Shown: piece after piece, positions 25,224-36,989 of the stretch | Layout: every line of letters starts with the position of its first letter | Position numbering within the stretch: the first letter of the stretch is position 1 | NCBI RefSeq assembly: GCF_001194135.2 | Contig: NC_068994.1 | Location: 26,984,654 to 27,031,364, forward strand | From: Octopus bimaculoides | Lineage: Eukaryota | Length of the DNA stretch: 46,711 nt | Direction: 5' to 3' | Notes under the pieces: model-generated | What the model was told of the DNA's origin: nothing | Databases searched by the model: none | The model's input: only the letters and a program-made list of their open reading frames with translations | Program-made: the position numbers and the translations under genes

Positions 25224-26329
25224 TACACATAAACACAAACAGACATGCACATGGAATTCTGAACAAACTTTTCTTTAAAACTTTGATTTCTCTAAACTCA
25301 ACACTACTTTTATAAAGTTAGCAAAAGTGAAAGACTTTAGAATAAATTGATCATAGTTAATATTGTCATGTCCACTCAGGTCTTTATCATCATCATCATC
25401 CTCATAATCAGCATTGCCAATATCATCCTCACTCCATCATCATCATCTTTGTTAGTTGATATTTGTAAAAGCTGTCTCTGATCATCAATCTGTTTTGGTA
25501 TGAGTCAGTAAGAGACCTTCTATGTTGTTGTTTTGACCTGCTAGAAATAGAAACCAAATTTCTTTCAGACCAAACAGACTGTCTTAAAAACAAAACAGAG
25601 GGTAGTGTATGCTGTGTTTTTTAACAAATAGGATGGCTATGACTAGAATGATTATGATCATAGTTCTGATTGATCAGTTCTTTGAGTCTAAAAATCTTTA
25701 AAGTTAGGGGAATAACAAAATTGAAAGATGTTTATATTTGTTCTTCAAGATTCCAATGTTAAAATAGATATGATTGTGGAACTTTAGGAGCATGATACTA
25801 CCAACTAAAACACACACACACTGGTTTTAATTCATTTCAACTTTATGACCTATTGATCAGATGAATTAAATTAATTCATTGATTAAGTAACTATAGACAT
25901 TCCAGCACTAAATGTTTTTCATTATTTAATACTATTCTTTGCATTCCAATGTCAAATTTCATCAGGTTTGACTGTCATTCATTTACTTAAAGTCAATAAA
26001 ATAAGTACCAGTAATATACTGTGTCAATTTGATTGATTGTACCCACCCCACCAAGTTTCATTGCCGTATGAGTAATGAGTACATTCTCTATTCTGACCTG
26101 ACTACTTATTTTTAATTATAAAATTCTTATTTATACATATTCTGGCAAACACAGTGCATAAGTGTACATCCAGCTAGTCAAGGTCATGCTATAGTTTCAG
26201 TCCTCTGCTACGTTTAAACAAAGCAAATTTTGAAATATTGAATATTTGAATATAAAAGGTATGCAAAAATCAGATATTTATTATCAACATAACTGGAGAA
26301 GCACTGAACTCAAACTGTTTTAAATACCT

Positions 26330-26790
26330 GCTGTAAGTAATGGTTTATAATGTCATTTATATGGAGGTGTTGAACTACTGGATTTCGTCAGGGGCATAAT
26401 TAACACAGCAGTCTACTAAGAGCTTTGTATGTTTCCATTAGCCAACAGGCCATATTTTGTGATGCAGTATTTCTGTTCTCATAAAATTTGGTACCTACAC
26501 ACTGTGCCAAATCAACAGCCACTACTTCTTTTGTTGGTCATCACATGAATGTGCTTCCTTGGCCAGGTAACTCAACTAATTTGAACCCCTCTGAGGATCT
26601 ATTGGCATAGTTACAAAGAAGGCTAAAATGCTTACCAGCAATGAGACAAACCTGAAAGTTGCTACTGAAGTCATCTAGGTTTCCATCACACTTGAGGAGT
26701 GCTAGTTGGGTTCCTATATGCCTTGACATATTGGGACAATCATTGAAACCAAAAGAGTTCCAACCAACCACTAATTGCCATTTGGTGCCA
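26330..26790 (+). mobile_element. Degraded Tc1-like transposase C-terminal fragment
   Basis: Remnants VLPWPGNSTNLNPSEDLL and MP.HIGTIIETKRVPTNH* correspond to the Tc1 WPxxSPDLNPIE motif and the MPxRxxAVIxAKGxxTKY* terminus. Confidence 0.7.
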
Positions 26791-27058
26791 TTCACTTCTG
26801 AATATTTAGACCAACTTACTCAATTCTAATGGCATGTTCTACATGTTCATATTATTACATTCTAATAATTTGAGATATTAGATTTTTGAGGATCCATGTA
26901 TAGAAATCAGAGCTGTTAGATTACATCAAAAAGATATTGGGAATAGATTATTTTAGATTTTGTGATTCTAATACATTTGGAATTTTCCCATTCTGACTTA
27001 ACTGACAACAAATATCCAAATTCTGCTTAGTATTCTAATTTTTGGATGCCTCACTGTT

Positions 27059-27100
<42 letters not shown>

Positions 27101-27278
27101 CATATATCTATGTATGTATCTATGCATTTGCATATAAGTATGCACATGTGTATGTATGTGTATACATACATGCATGTATGTACATATGTACCAAGCAGTT
27201 TCACCCTGCATGCTTTAGCTTCTTTACTATGGCAACAGTCTGGACACTTATTGATCAGACCACACATACACACGCGCG

Positions 27279-27318
<40 letters not shown>

Positions 27319-27870
27319 TATATATATATGTATATATGCACCATGAAAAATCAGGAGGTATGAAAGGTTACTATATCTATTTAACCATTTGACATCCTGA
27401 AGATTACTACTGTTTCACAGCCTTCTTCATGTAATAATATAATTTCAGTGTCTAATAAATTATGTGTGCATATCTGCAATAATACAATTGTGTATTCACA
27501 AATCAATGCAGATAAAGAAAGCTAAGTCATCAGATCACCAGACCATCATGGTTACACCACTAATTCAACTTTATGTATACATTGAAAATTCTCTTTTTAT
27601 ATATACAATGTAAAGATATGAGGAGTTTTCATCAGAGTAACTCAAACTAATAGGTATGCACACTGAGTGCTCAATTTGCTATGCTTCTAAAATTCCAGTT
27701 TGAACTGCAGTTGAACATGTCATTTTGTGACTGCCTTTCTCAAACAGCTAGAAGTGACTTCTCTTTGAACCAGTAGGTATAGATTAAAGCAGAAATGTAA
27801 AGGCAACCAGTTTGGCAGGATTTGACAAGGACATTTAATTTAGCTGTATAATATAAAAAGGTATACATAG

Positions 27871-28106
27871 TTTCTTATTTCTTTACTGCCCACAAGGGGC
27901 TACACACAGAGGGGACAAACAAGGACAGACAAACGGATTAAGTCGATTATATCGACCCCAGTGCATAACTGGTACTTATTTAATCGACCCCGAAAAGATG
28001 AAAGGCAAAGTCGACCTTGGCGGAATTTGAACTCAGAACGTAGCGGCAGACGAATACCGCTAAGTATTTTGCCAGGCGTGTTAACGTTTCTGCCAACTCG
28101 CTGCCT
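27871..28106 (-). mobile_element. Relatively intact tRNA-derived SINE
   Basis: The minus strand has the head AGGCAGCGAGTTGGCAGAAACGTTAACACG, a B-box-like GAGTTCAAATTCC and an AAAG-rich tail. CpGs are retained, and at least five other partial copies occur in the window. Confidence 0.85.
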
Positions 28107-28121
28107 TATTGTATACGTAGT

Positions 28122-28514
28122 TTCTAACAACTGTTTCTAGAATATCCCAGCTACTGGAACATCATGTCAAGTAAAGATTGCATAGGCTGAATATTCCATC
28201 ATTGGAGAAGAATAGGTTAAACATACATAACAGTGGATCAGCATTCCTCATCAACGGTATTACTGTGGTTCATTTTGTCCTGAAAAGGATGAGAAAACTA
28301 ATTAAAAATCAATTAAGAATCTGATTAATTGGAGTTTTGAATTGGTTTTCTCCTCTCTTTCATGAACCACAATAATATCAATGATGAGGAATATTTTTCC
28401 ACTGTTACGTATGTTTAACTTATCCCTCTCTGATGATGTTATACTTGGCCTATGGAATCCTCACTTGACATGACGTTCCAATGGCTGGGATATTCTAAAA
28501 TCAGCTGTTGTAGA
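28122..28514. repeat. ~390-bp foldback palindrome (MITE-like) with almost no spacer
   Basis: The left arm TAGAATATCCCAGCTACTGGAACATCATGTCAAG...CAATTAA (to ~28316) pairs with the right arm TTAATTG...CTTGACATGACGTTCCAATGGCTGGGATATTCTA (from ~28325) along the whole length, about 75-80% by eye. Confidence 0.9.
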
Positions 28515-29059
28515 TGGTGTGTACCTTTTTATTATATAGCTAAATTGAAAGTCCACTTCTTTCCATATTTACTGAGGAATTTTCAATTACTAACTGGTTA
28601 AAGTAGTTTATTTCCCACATTATGGAATCCTTATCCTCTGAATAAAAGAATTATTCAGTTATTTATCAAAACTTATACTCATTAACAATAAATATATTCT
28701 TTGTTTTCATGTGTTTTACACACATGATACTGAGAACAGTAAGATATGAGAATTTGTTATGGGAATATATGAATATACTCTATGTTCTGCATGTGAAAAT
28801 GTGTTATGCATCTTTCTAATGGATTCTTTAGCAGGTGCATTTTTTTTTATTGTATTGTTACTCACACTTTTTCTTGTGTTGTGCTACTACTACTACTCTC
28901 GCTCAGTTGCTTGACTTATTACAACATGAAATTCAGAGTTATGGTTGAAAAAGATTCAACTTCTCATAAAATATTCAAATATACACGTTAAATTTTATAT
29001 ATTCAGTACTTTTTCTTCATTTGTAAAAACAAGAGTTCACAAACACCTCACCATATGTG

Positions 29060-29101
<42 letters not shown>

Positions 29102-29829
29102 TAAAGGATACACGCTCACATAAAGTTGTGTGTGTATTAATCATCTGAATAACTTGATCATCAGACTTATCTTTAAAATTACCAATGTCTATATATAATA
29201 TCAAATGAAACAAAATTATATTTCACTGGTGTCTACCATTTCTTTATTCAGTCCCACTAGGCTTGATTATAATATTCTGCTATCTCTCACCCTCTATTTC
29301 ATTCACTCTTCCATATACACTCTCTCTACATTTCTCTTTTTCTCTCTATCTCTAGCTCTCTCTCCATCTATCTTTATTTCCTAACATTAAAAAATTTTAA
29401 TATTTGCACTTTATTTACTTATTTATTGTTAATATTTCTACAATACCTTTATCAAAAATGTGCTTACACATATACTTGCTTACCTACAATTACACACTCA
29501 TACATACATGTATGTGCACGTGTATGTGTGTACATATGTGTTGTTCAACAGGGCAATGGATTAAGTTTATTACTCACAAACTTGGAACCAAAAAATAGTA
29601 ACAAATAAGCACACCCACACATGTATATATGTACATATACGTATATATGTATGTGTGTTTGTAGTGTGTGTATGTATATACGTGTGTGTGTGTGTGTAAA
29701 ATTTCCTAAAATGTACTGTAGTTTATATTGTAATGAAGGCCTGAACTCATCGAGAAATTGTAAAGGTCATAAATTAGATAGATTTAGAAAAAAGTTTGAT
29801 TAAATTACTTTAGGACTTAATCTTATCAC

Positions 29830-30720
29830 TGTTAATTTTCTTGACACAACATTAAGACTGGATAATGATGATTTCAGACCATATTGCAAATCAAATGTAA
29901 AGTTAGTATATATACATAGACAATTGAATTTTCCACCTTATACTTTGAGGAACTTACTTAACAATGTTAGCAAACTGGTGTCCTTGACATTTTCCAATAA
30001 AGATGCTTTTATGGGGGCAGTTGGGTATTATAATGCGGCACTAAGAAATAGTGGGTTCTTCAGGAGATTAGATACCTAGAAACAACACTAGGAGCACACT
30101 GCATAAGAATAGAAAAAGGAACATTTTATGGTACGACTTACCTGACAGTAAGAGCTTGCATAGCTAGGGAATTCTTCTGTTTAATAGATCATCATTTTCT
30201 ATCAGGGCATAAGTATAATTATCAATTGGATAGGAACTGTGTTAAAGTTAGTTATTCAGTTTGTAAGAATTTCAGGAGTTATATCAGGTTATAATGCCAT
30301 AAAGGTGAATGAAAGAGACAGTAACTGTCTGTGAGAGTAGGTAGTATACAGTGCCAAGGTTGAATCAAACAACAGAGATGAGCCTAAAATATATACTGGG
30401 GTAATGGAACTAACATTCAAAAGCTGTTTTTACAAGCATAAACATTCATTTGTCAGCCCTGATAGAAAACGCGCTATGGCTCTGTTGAAATTTATATGGT
30501 GTTTTACAAAAGTCAAATCCTCATGAAATCAGACTTACCTAATTGATTGTAGATAAAACACAACCATACAGGAACAACAGCTTCAAATCAAAAATGTGGT
30601 GTGAAATTTATTTGAGCAAAAAATATAAAATTTTGATTCAAGGCTGTTACAGTTTAAACAAGAGAACCGAAATATTAGGGCCTTATATGTACAGAGCTAA
30701 GTATTTTTTATGTGAATACC
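29830..30720 (+). mobile_element. Degraded Penelope-like element (RT C-terminus, linker, GIY-YIG C-terminus)
   Basis: Fragments read DFRPYCKSNVKLVYIHRQLNFPP...YYNAALRNSGF, KNRKRNILWYD and KMWCEIYLSKKYKIL...SLNKRTEIL. Confidence 0.7.
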
Positions 30721-31573
30721 AGTTTCTTTGAATTTCAACCTAGTTTTGAAAAACAAAAGGTTGGTTTCAAAATGTTTAACTGTTAAATGCTTTAATATGT
30801 GGGGGTGTATATCAATTGGGTATATGTGTATATGTGAATATGTGTATCTGAATTCATACATATACAATTGCATGTATATATATGTGTATATAATATTTTA
30901 CATTTGTATGTGCATAATAAGTGTGCATATGTGTATATTTATGCATCTGCACAGGTGTATGCAAAACACTTATTTGCACAGTCATTGTTTTTTAAAATAT
31001 CAGTTAAAAGTATTAAATATATTTAAAAAATGTATTACATTACTTAAATAGCAACACAATTTCATGAGGAAAGTTATTAAAGTGACTTCACTTGTATGAA
31101 ATTTAAGATGTTAAGAATATTTCACAAAAACCAGAAATGAAATCAAAATTGTGAGTTGAAGCAATGTTTTTGCATGTGTTGTTCACAAGATTTTTTTCTT
31201 AATAAAAGAACATAAACATAAGCATTTCCTTCTAATCTTCATTTCATATTTCAAAAACATATTGCAATGGTGAATATTTCAAATGAAAAGCAGGCTCAGA
31301 TAATCAGCTGATGATTGGAAACAAGTAACTCAGAGAACAGTTATAATGCATTAATGAATATTCTACATTTGTATTGAGTCCTGTGATTTATTGCTTCTGG
31401 TGAATCAAAATATATACAGTCCAATGATTGCTTAACTGACCAAAACTTTGAAGTTACTGTCAATACTACTCTTGTTAAAGAATAATAAATTTGCATTCTA
31501 CAATAGTATGGAGTCACCATTCAGATTCATCTAAAATTGTTTTTATTATAACTGAACATAAAAACAGACATTG

Positions 31574-31609
<36 letters not shown>

Positions 31610-31923
31610 NNNNNNNNNNNNNNNNNNNNNNNNNNNNNNNNNNNNNNNNNNNNNNNNNNNNNNNNNNNNNNNNNNNNNNNNNNNNNNNNNNNNNNNNNNN
31701 NNNNNNNNNNNNNNNNNNNNNNNNNNNNNNNNNNNNNNNNNNNNNNNNNNNNNNNNNNNNNNNNNNNNNNNNNNNNNNNNNNNNNNNNNNNNNNNNNNNN
31801 NNNNNNNNNNNNNNNNNNNNNNNNNNNNNNNNNNNNNNNNNNNNNNNNNNNNNNNNNNNNNNNNNNNNNNNNNNNNNNNNNNNNNNNNNNNNNNNNNNNN
31901 NNNNNNNNNNNNNNNNNNNNNNN

Positions 31924-31954
<31 letters not shown>

Positions 31955-32199
31955 TATACATTGATATAGATATTTAAAATGTTGACTCAAGGCAGTAACA
32001 GTTTGAACAAAAGAACTGAAGTTTTAGGATCTTGTAAGCACAGAGTCCTAGATACACCTGGCAATACACTCTTAAAAGACATCAAAGACTCACTATATGT
32101 ACATATTGCATATCTCTTTACCACCATGGAGTTATGTGACCTTGAATACTCAACAAAAAATGTCCCAACTTATCTAATGAACTTTTCATGGAGATCCTG

Positions 32200-34110
32200 C
32201 TGGAGATGATACATCTTGTTTAATGAATAAGATAGAAAACCTTTTCTTCAGCCAGGCTAAGCCACTTGCAGAATCTAAATACTTTATCCTTAGATCAAGG
32301 AAGTTCCCACAAAGGATCAAGGAGCTTGAGGCCTTTAAATGTGACTTCTTGAATATCATACTCCAGCTGAAATTCCAAAAGTCCTCTACTTCTTTCCAAA
32401 GTAAACTTAGGAACAATGTTCATAGACTTCAGACTTCTGATAGGACTTAATTTTTATCAGACAAGACAAAGAATTTGTATTGAGTAGAGAACATTACACA
32501 TACACAGCTACTCAATAACAGCATCACATAAACATACCAGAAGTCAATCCTTGAAGCCTTTGAAACCAAAGAAATAGCTTAACCATGAAGCCAATGAAAT
32601 CCCTTTTAGACTAGGCATCATTGGATAGAGTAGAGACCCTAGCATTAATAAGATACCTTTATTACAATCAAAGACCATAAACCAAACTTTACCTCTAACT
32701 CTCAAATGTCATCTGATCAACCCTCTGAATTCATAGATTGACTTGGTAAGCAAGTAGCTCTTCAAGAAGATCGATGATGACATTAGGAGAGCCTGTAGCC
32801 TTGCCTTTTGACACAATACCAGTGAGGCCCATCACGTGGTTTAAAACCAATTGCAGTAGAGTAGACCAAGGATTACCCAATTCAGTATTGGGGATTTTTA
32901 CCTATTTAATTGAGGGAGCATTGGATTTTTGCTCGGACCTACACTGAGATTACAGATGAGACCATATGCATTTTAGGGATCAAACTAGGCCAAATACATA
33001 GACACAAAAGGTTTCAATGTAATGATAGATGCCCTCAAAAGTGCTGATATGGCAGACCTTATTGGCTTTTTCTTCTTGGATTTACTTAAGAAGAAATTTC
33101 CCATGACTAGATTTAGCCTCTTCAGAGATAATGATTTGACAGCATCAGTGGGTGACAATGGTCACCCACTCATTAGGCTTATGAAGAACATAAACCATAC
33201 TCTGAATTCTCTTGGCCTCAAGGTTATAGTAGACACTAAACTTAAGATGGTTCTGTTTCTTGGTGTGACCCTTGATATAGACTCTTTTGAAAGCCAAATG
33301 AGAGGCTAACATACATTAACACACCTTATCCATCCATTGTATTCGGGAACCTAGTAGAGGTTATCCATCCATAGTGTTCAGGAACCTAGTAGAGAGGTTC
33401 AGTAGAAGAATCTCCAGTCAGTCTTCAAGTAAAGTGATTTTTGATGATGCTGCCAGTGGTTTTAGGGATGAGATTAGTTACACATCTGACCCTAAACCCA
33501 CTAAGAAAATGCTACTGGAAAGTGTTGTGGTTCACCCACCCTTCTAAATCATAAAAATCTTTTGTGGTTAGGATTTTCTTTAGCTTAGTAGATAAACACT
33601 TTCTTCATATGAATAGGTTCTGTAAAATATTCAACAGAAACACTTTGAGAGTTTCTTTCAGCTGTGTGCTCAATATAAAGAAAATATATGTCTCACACCT
33701 GAGACAAAGGCAGGATGTTCATGCAGAGGCACCTTCATGTCTCTTTAATGCAATCAAACAGTTGCATTTTAGGTGGAGGTAATGTCAGAGGACCCTAGCA
33801 TTCAATGAAATGTAAGGAAGTATGTGTTCTTTCAGAACCAGATTTAACAAAAATGAGTCCTCCTATAATATCCAGGAGAGACACGATGTTACAATTCTGC
33901 CTAGCCCTTTATGGTTATTGAAGGAATACATCACAGATTACATCATGTGGAGAAACCTGGCAAAATGCAAGCTTTATTTTAGCAGTTGCAGAAAGTGCCA
34001 AGAGTAGAATTATGTTAAAAACCTTTTTTCATTGAGATACCTAATTGATCTGCAGGAGTGAAATTTTTTATTGATCCCCACATGAGAGAAGATTCATGGT
34101 TGCTTACCTA
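32200..34110 (+). mobile_element. Degraded, near complete-length Penelope-like ORF remnant
   Basis: Ordered fragments: SRKFPQRIKELEAFKCDFLNII...FQSKLRNNV, SDKTKNLY, LKMVLFLGVTLD, FSLVDKHF...KIFNRNTLRVSFSC, FRTRFNKNESSY...LWLLKE...CRKC and RSEIFY.SPHERRF. Confidence 0.8.
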
Positions 34111-34379
34111 CAGGCTCCACTATGCTTATAAATGCTAGGAACTGCACCAATCAGTTTAAAAATTACAGATAAGAATTCTAATTTATGCTTAATACAAGCT
34201 TAGATACTTTACATCGCGATAGTTAATCATTTAGTCATTATATTAAACACTTTAATAGGAATTAATCTTATTATATAATAATTTTAAAATTATTATTATA
34301 AATAATTGAAATATTTGAATGTCTTTCTAAATTTATGATAACATCTTAAAGTAAAGTGCCTATTAAAATTCGATAAAAT

Positions 34380-35200
34380 TAATTTAGAAGTAATTATATA
34401 ATACATTTCTTTGAGGCAAAGATCACAAATAGAATTACCAATATTATACGATGGTGCATAACTAATATTGGACCACTTTAATTCATATTTAATATTCTTA
34501 TCCTTTAAATCCCAAATGCATTAACTAAGATTAGTAGAATAACATTTTCTTCTATATTTAAAGGAATTAGAATGATCATAAAATCTAGATTTCCATCTAT
34601 TAGCAGAAGAACCAATATACCAAAACCTATAATGTCTAGTTATTACTTCACATTGACATACTATATTCTTCTTTAAACACTATTTTTCTAAAGGGCATGG
34701 AGTTTTGTTTACACAATTACACATGGATTTATTCACTTGTAAATTGCATTCATAGTTAAAAGAATTTCTATTAGCAGCCATCTGCAAATAGGTGTTAAAG
34801 TTGGATTATAATAATTATCATTATTGGAATTAATATTAACAACATTTTGATCAATTAAAGAATCTAAGCCTTGTTCCAAATGATTATCAATTACATTACT
34901 TTCACTAGACTTATAATCAGTTCTACAATTATCAATAGATTTAGAATTTAGGTATTCTCTGTTTATTGTATGCTGCAATAATCTCAGCTAAATTCCTAGT
35001 GGTTGAATACAAAAACTTTACACTATGTTTATTGAAATATTTCCCATATTTACTTGAAGGTGGGAAATACCTATCTAGTGCTGGAAAGAATTTACAAGGA
35101 ATATTAAAATATATTGAATATGAAAATGGAGCATTATACCATATAATTTTTGCTGATCTATTCTTCATATTATTACTATAAACATTTTTGTCAGTATTAC
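34380..35200 (-). mobile_element. 3' part (linker plus GIY-YIG endonuclease) of the Penelope-like element split by the Gypsy insertion
   Basis: KIIWYNAPFS...DRYFP...KYFNKHSVKFLYSTTRNLAEIIAAYNK, then at 34724-34390 MCNCVNKTPCPF...NIVCQCEV...WYIGSSANRWKSRFYDHSNSF...STNLS.CIWDLK...CDLCLKE. Confidence 0.9.
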
Positions 35201-35377
35201 TGTTATAATCCAATATTAAACTCTTATAATGCCCACTCTGGTATAGCAGTATAGTTAGTTAGATAAGCAATCTCATGATCGTCTGCTTGATTGACACTCT
35301 CTTAGTATTTGTAATGACCTGCACATACCACTTATCACGTGGGAGGGGTGTTCCATTATTACTATTACCCCATAACA
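35201..35377 (-). repeat. 3' LTR (177 bp)
   Basis: TGTTATAATCC...CCCCATAACA is homologous to 39004-39192. It is preceded on - by the polypurine tract TTTAAAGGGGAGA (35378-35390). Confidence 0.93.
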
Positions 35378-35599
35378 TCTCCCCTTTAAAATTTTTCTTT
35401 CTTTTAGGAAATATAATTTCATTTCTTTTATTAACAATAATTTTTACATCTCCCCACCTCCCCTTTTTTGAACTTTTTTTATACAGTTACAAATTACAGT
35501 TTTTTTCATTTGGTATCCACTTCCAGGAACTCCATACAGTTTCTTCTTTTGCTTGTGCGTTTGGGTTCAATTATTTGTAGTGACATTGGTACTTGAAAA

Positions 35600-36930
35600 G
35601 TATCATAATGTGTTAACAATAAATTCAATGTTAAAATGTTTTTTTTTTAATTTATCAAATGCCTTTTGGTACTTATCAGTCCAGCACCATTTTGCATTTT
35701 TCTATAACAGAACATTGAGTGGAGCCCTTACATCGTGTGTATTGGGAATGTAAATTTGGTAGCTATTTACTAAACCTAAGAATGCTTGTAGCATAGTTGT
35801 ATTATTTGGCATGGGCATATTTTTTATCACAGTCACTCTGGCTGGATCCAGTTTCTGTCCATTTTCATCTATTATCTGGCCCAAGTATTTAATTTTTTTC
35901 AGAAAGAACTCGCATTTTCCTTCATTTAACTTAAAACCATATTCTCTTGGCTTCTCAAATACCTTTTTAATATGTTCTACATGTTGTTTGTATGATTTGC
36001 ATTTTATCGTCTAAATAGGCAATAGCAAAATCACAGTCCAACAACATCATATCCATTACTTGTTGAAATATGGAAGGAGCCACTTTTGCACTGAAGGGAA
36101 GCTGCTTAAATTTAAATGATCCATGGTGTGTATTAATGGTTAATAAGTGTGAGCATTCGTCTTCTACTTGGATTTGTAGATATGCCTCTGAGAGGTCTAA
36201 TTTTGAGAATAATTTTCCTCTATCTAATTTTGCAAACACTTTCTCAGACCAAAGCAATGGGTAGTTATGTGAAATTAAGCAATCATTCAACCCCACTAAA
36301 AAATCTGCACAAACTCTCAACTTATAATTTTTCTTTTTTACATAGATCATAGGTAGTGCCCAATCTGAGTGGTCCATCTTCTCAATTATTCCTAGGCTTT
36401 CAAGTCTTTCAAGTTCCTTATTTACCTGTTCTAGTGCTACGAATGGTACATTCTGTTTTGGATTAAATACAAGTGTTGCATTTTGTTTTACTACAATTTT
36501 TGCCTTTGTTTTCGTGCAGCAATCCAGTTCAACCGAGAAAACACCTAGAAATAAATGGGTTTTTTTTTTCATTCCCTCAGCTGCATTCAAACCTTCAACT
36601 GAACCAACTATATTTCCACACAAAATACTTATGGGCTTATTCCACAATTTAAACAGTTCTACTCACTCTGTGCCAAATAGATTTACTGAATTTTTTAACA
36701 CATGTGCCTTTGCCCTTTTCATTTGGTCATGAAATGTCACATTATACACAAATTCACCTGCAAAATACAATCCTTTACCCATAACACTATTTGCTACCTT
36801 TATAGATTTACTTAATTTTGGCTTAGTAATATACTTCCAAGCTTCTTCATTCACAATGGTAATATCACTTCCAGTATCTAACTGCATTTTTACTCATATA
36901 TTTTCAATTTTCACATTTATGAATTTCCTG
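35600..36930 (-). pseudogene. pol: Gypsy pol remnant (aspartic protease, reverse transcriptase, start of the connection region)
   Basis: MQLDTGSDITIV; LERLESLGIIEK...RVCADF...FSKLDLSEAYLQI...LPF...APSIFQQVMD...AYLDD (36006-36017); YLGQIIDENG...LQAFLGLVN; LLLTHYD. It then jumps to a pol-terminal-like KRTSKRR segment. Confidence 0.92.
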
Positions 36931-36989
36931 GTTGTCACATTACCATTTTCTTTCAATGACATCTTGTTTACTCATTTTTCTTTGTTCCA

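Noticed and set aside
30539-30580. Possible 42-bp minus-strand exon (AG|CTGTTG...ATTAG|GTAAGT, AVVPVWLCFIYNQL)
   Set aside because: It is the antisense of Penelope GIY-YIG-derived sequence, has a weak acceptor and has no partner exons.
31307-31330. CTGATGA-TTG-GAAAC-AA-GTA
   Set aside because: There is no room for stem II and no stem I, so it is probably chance.
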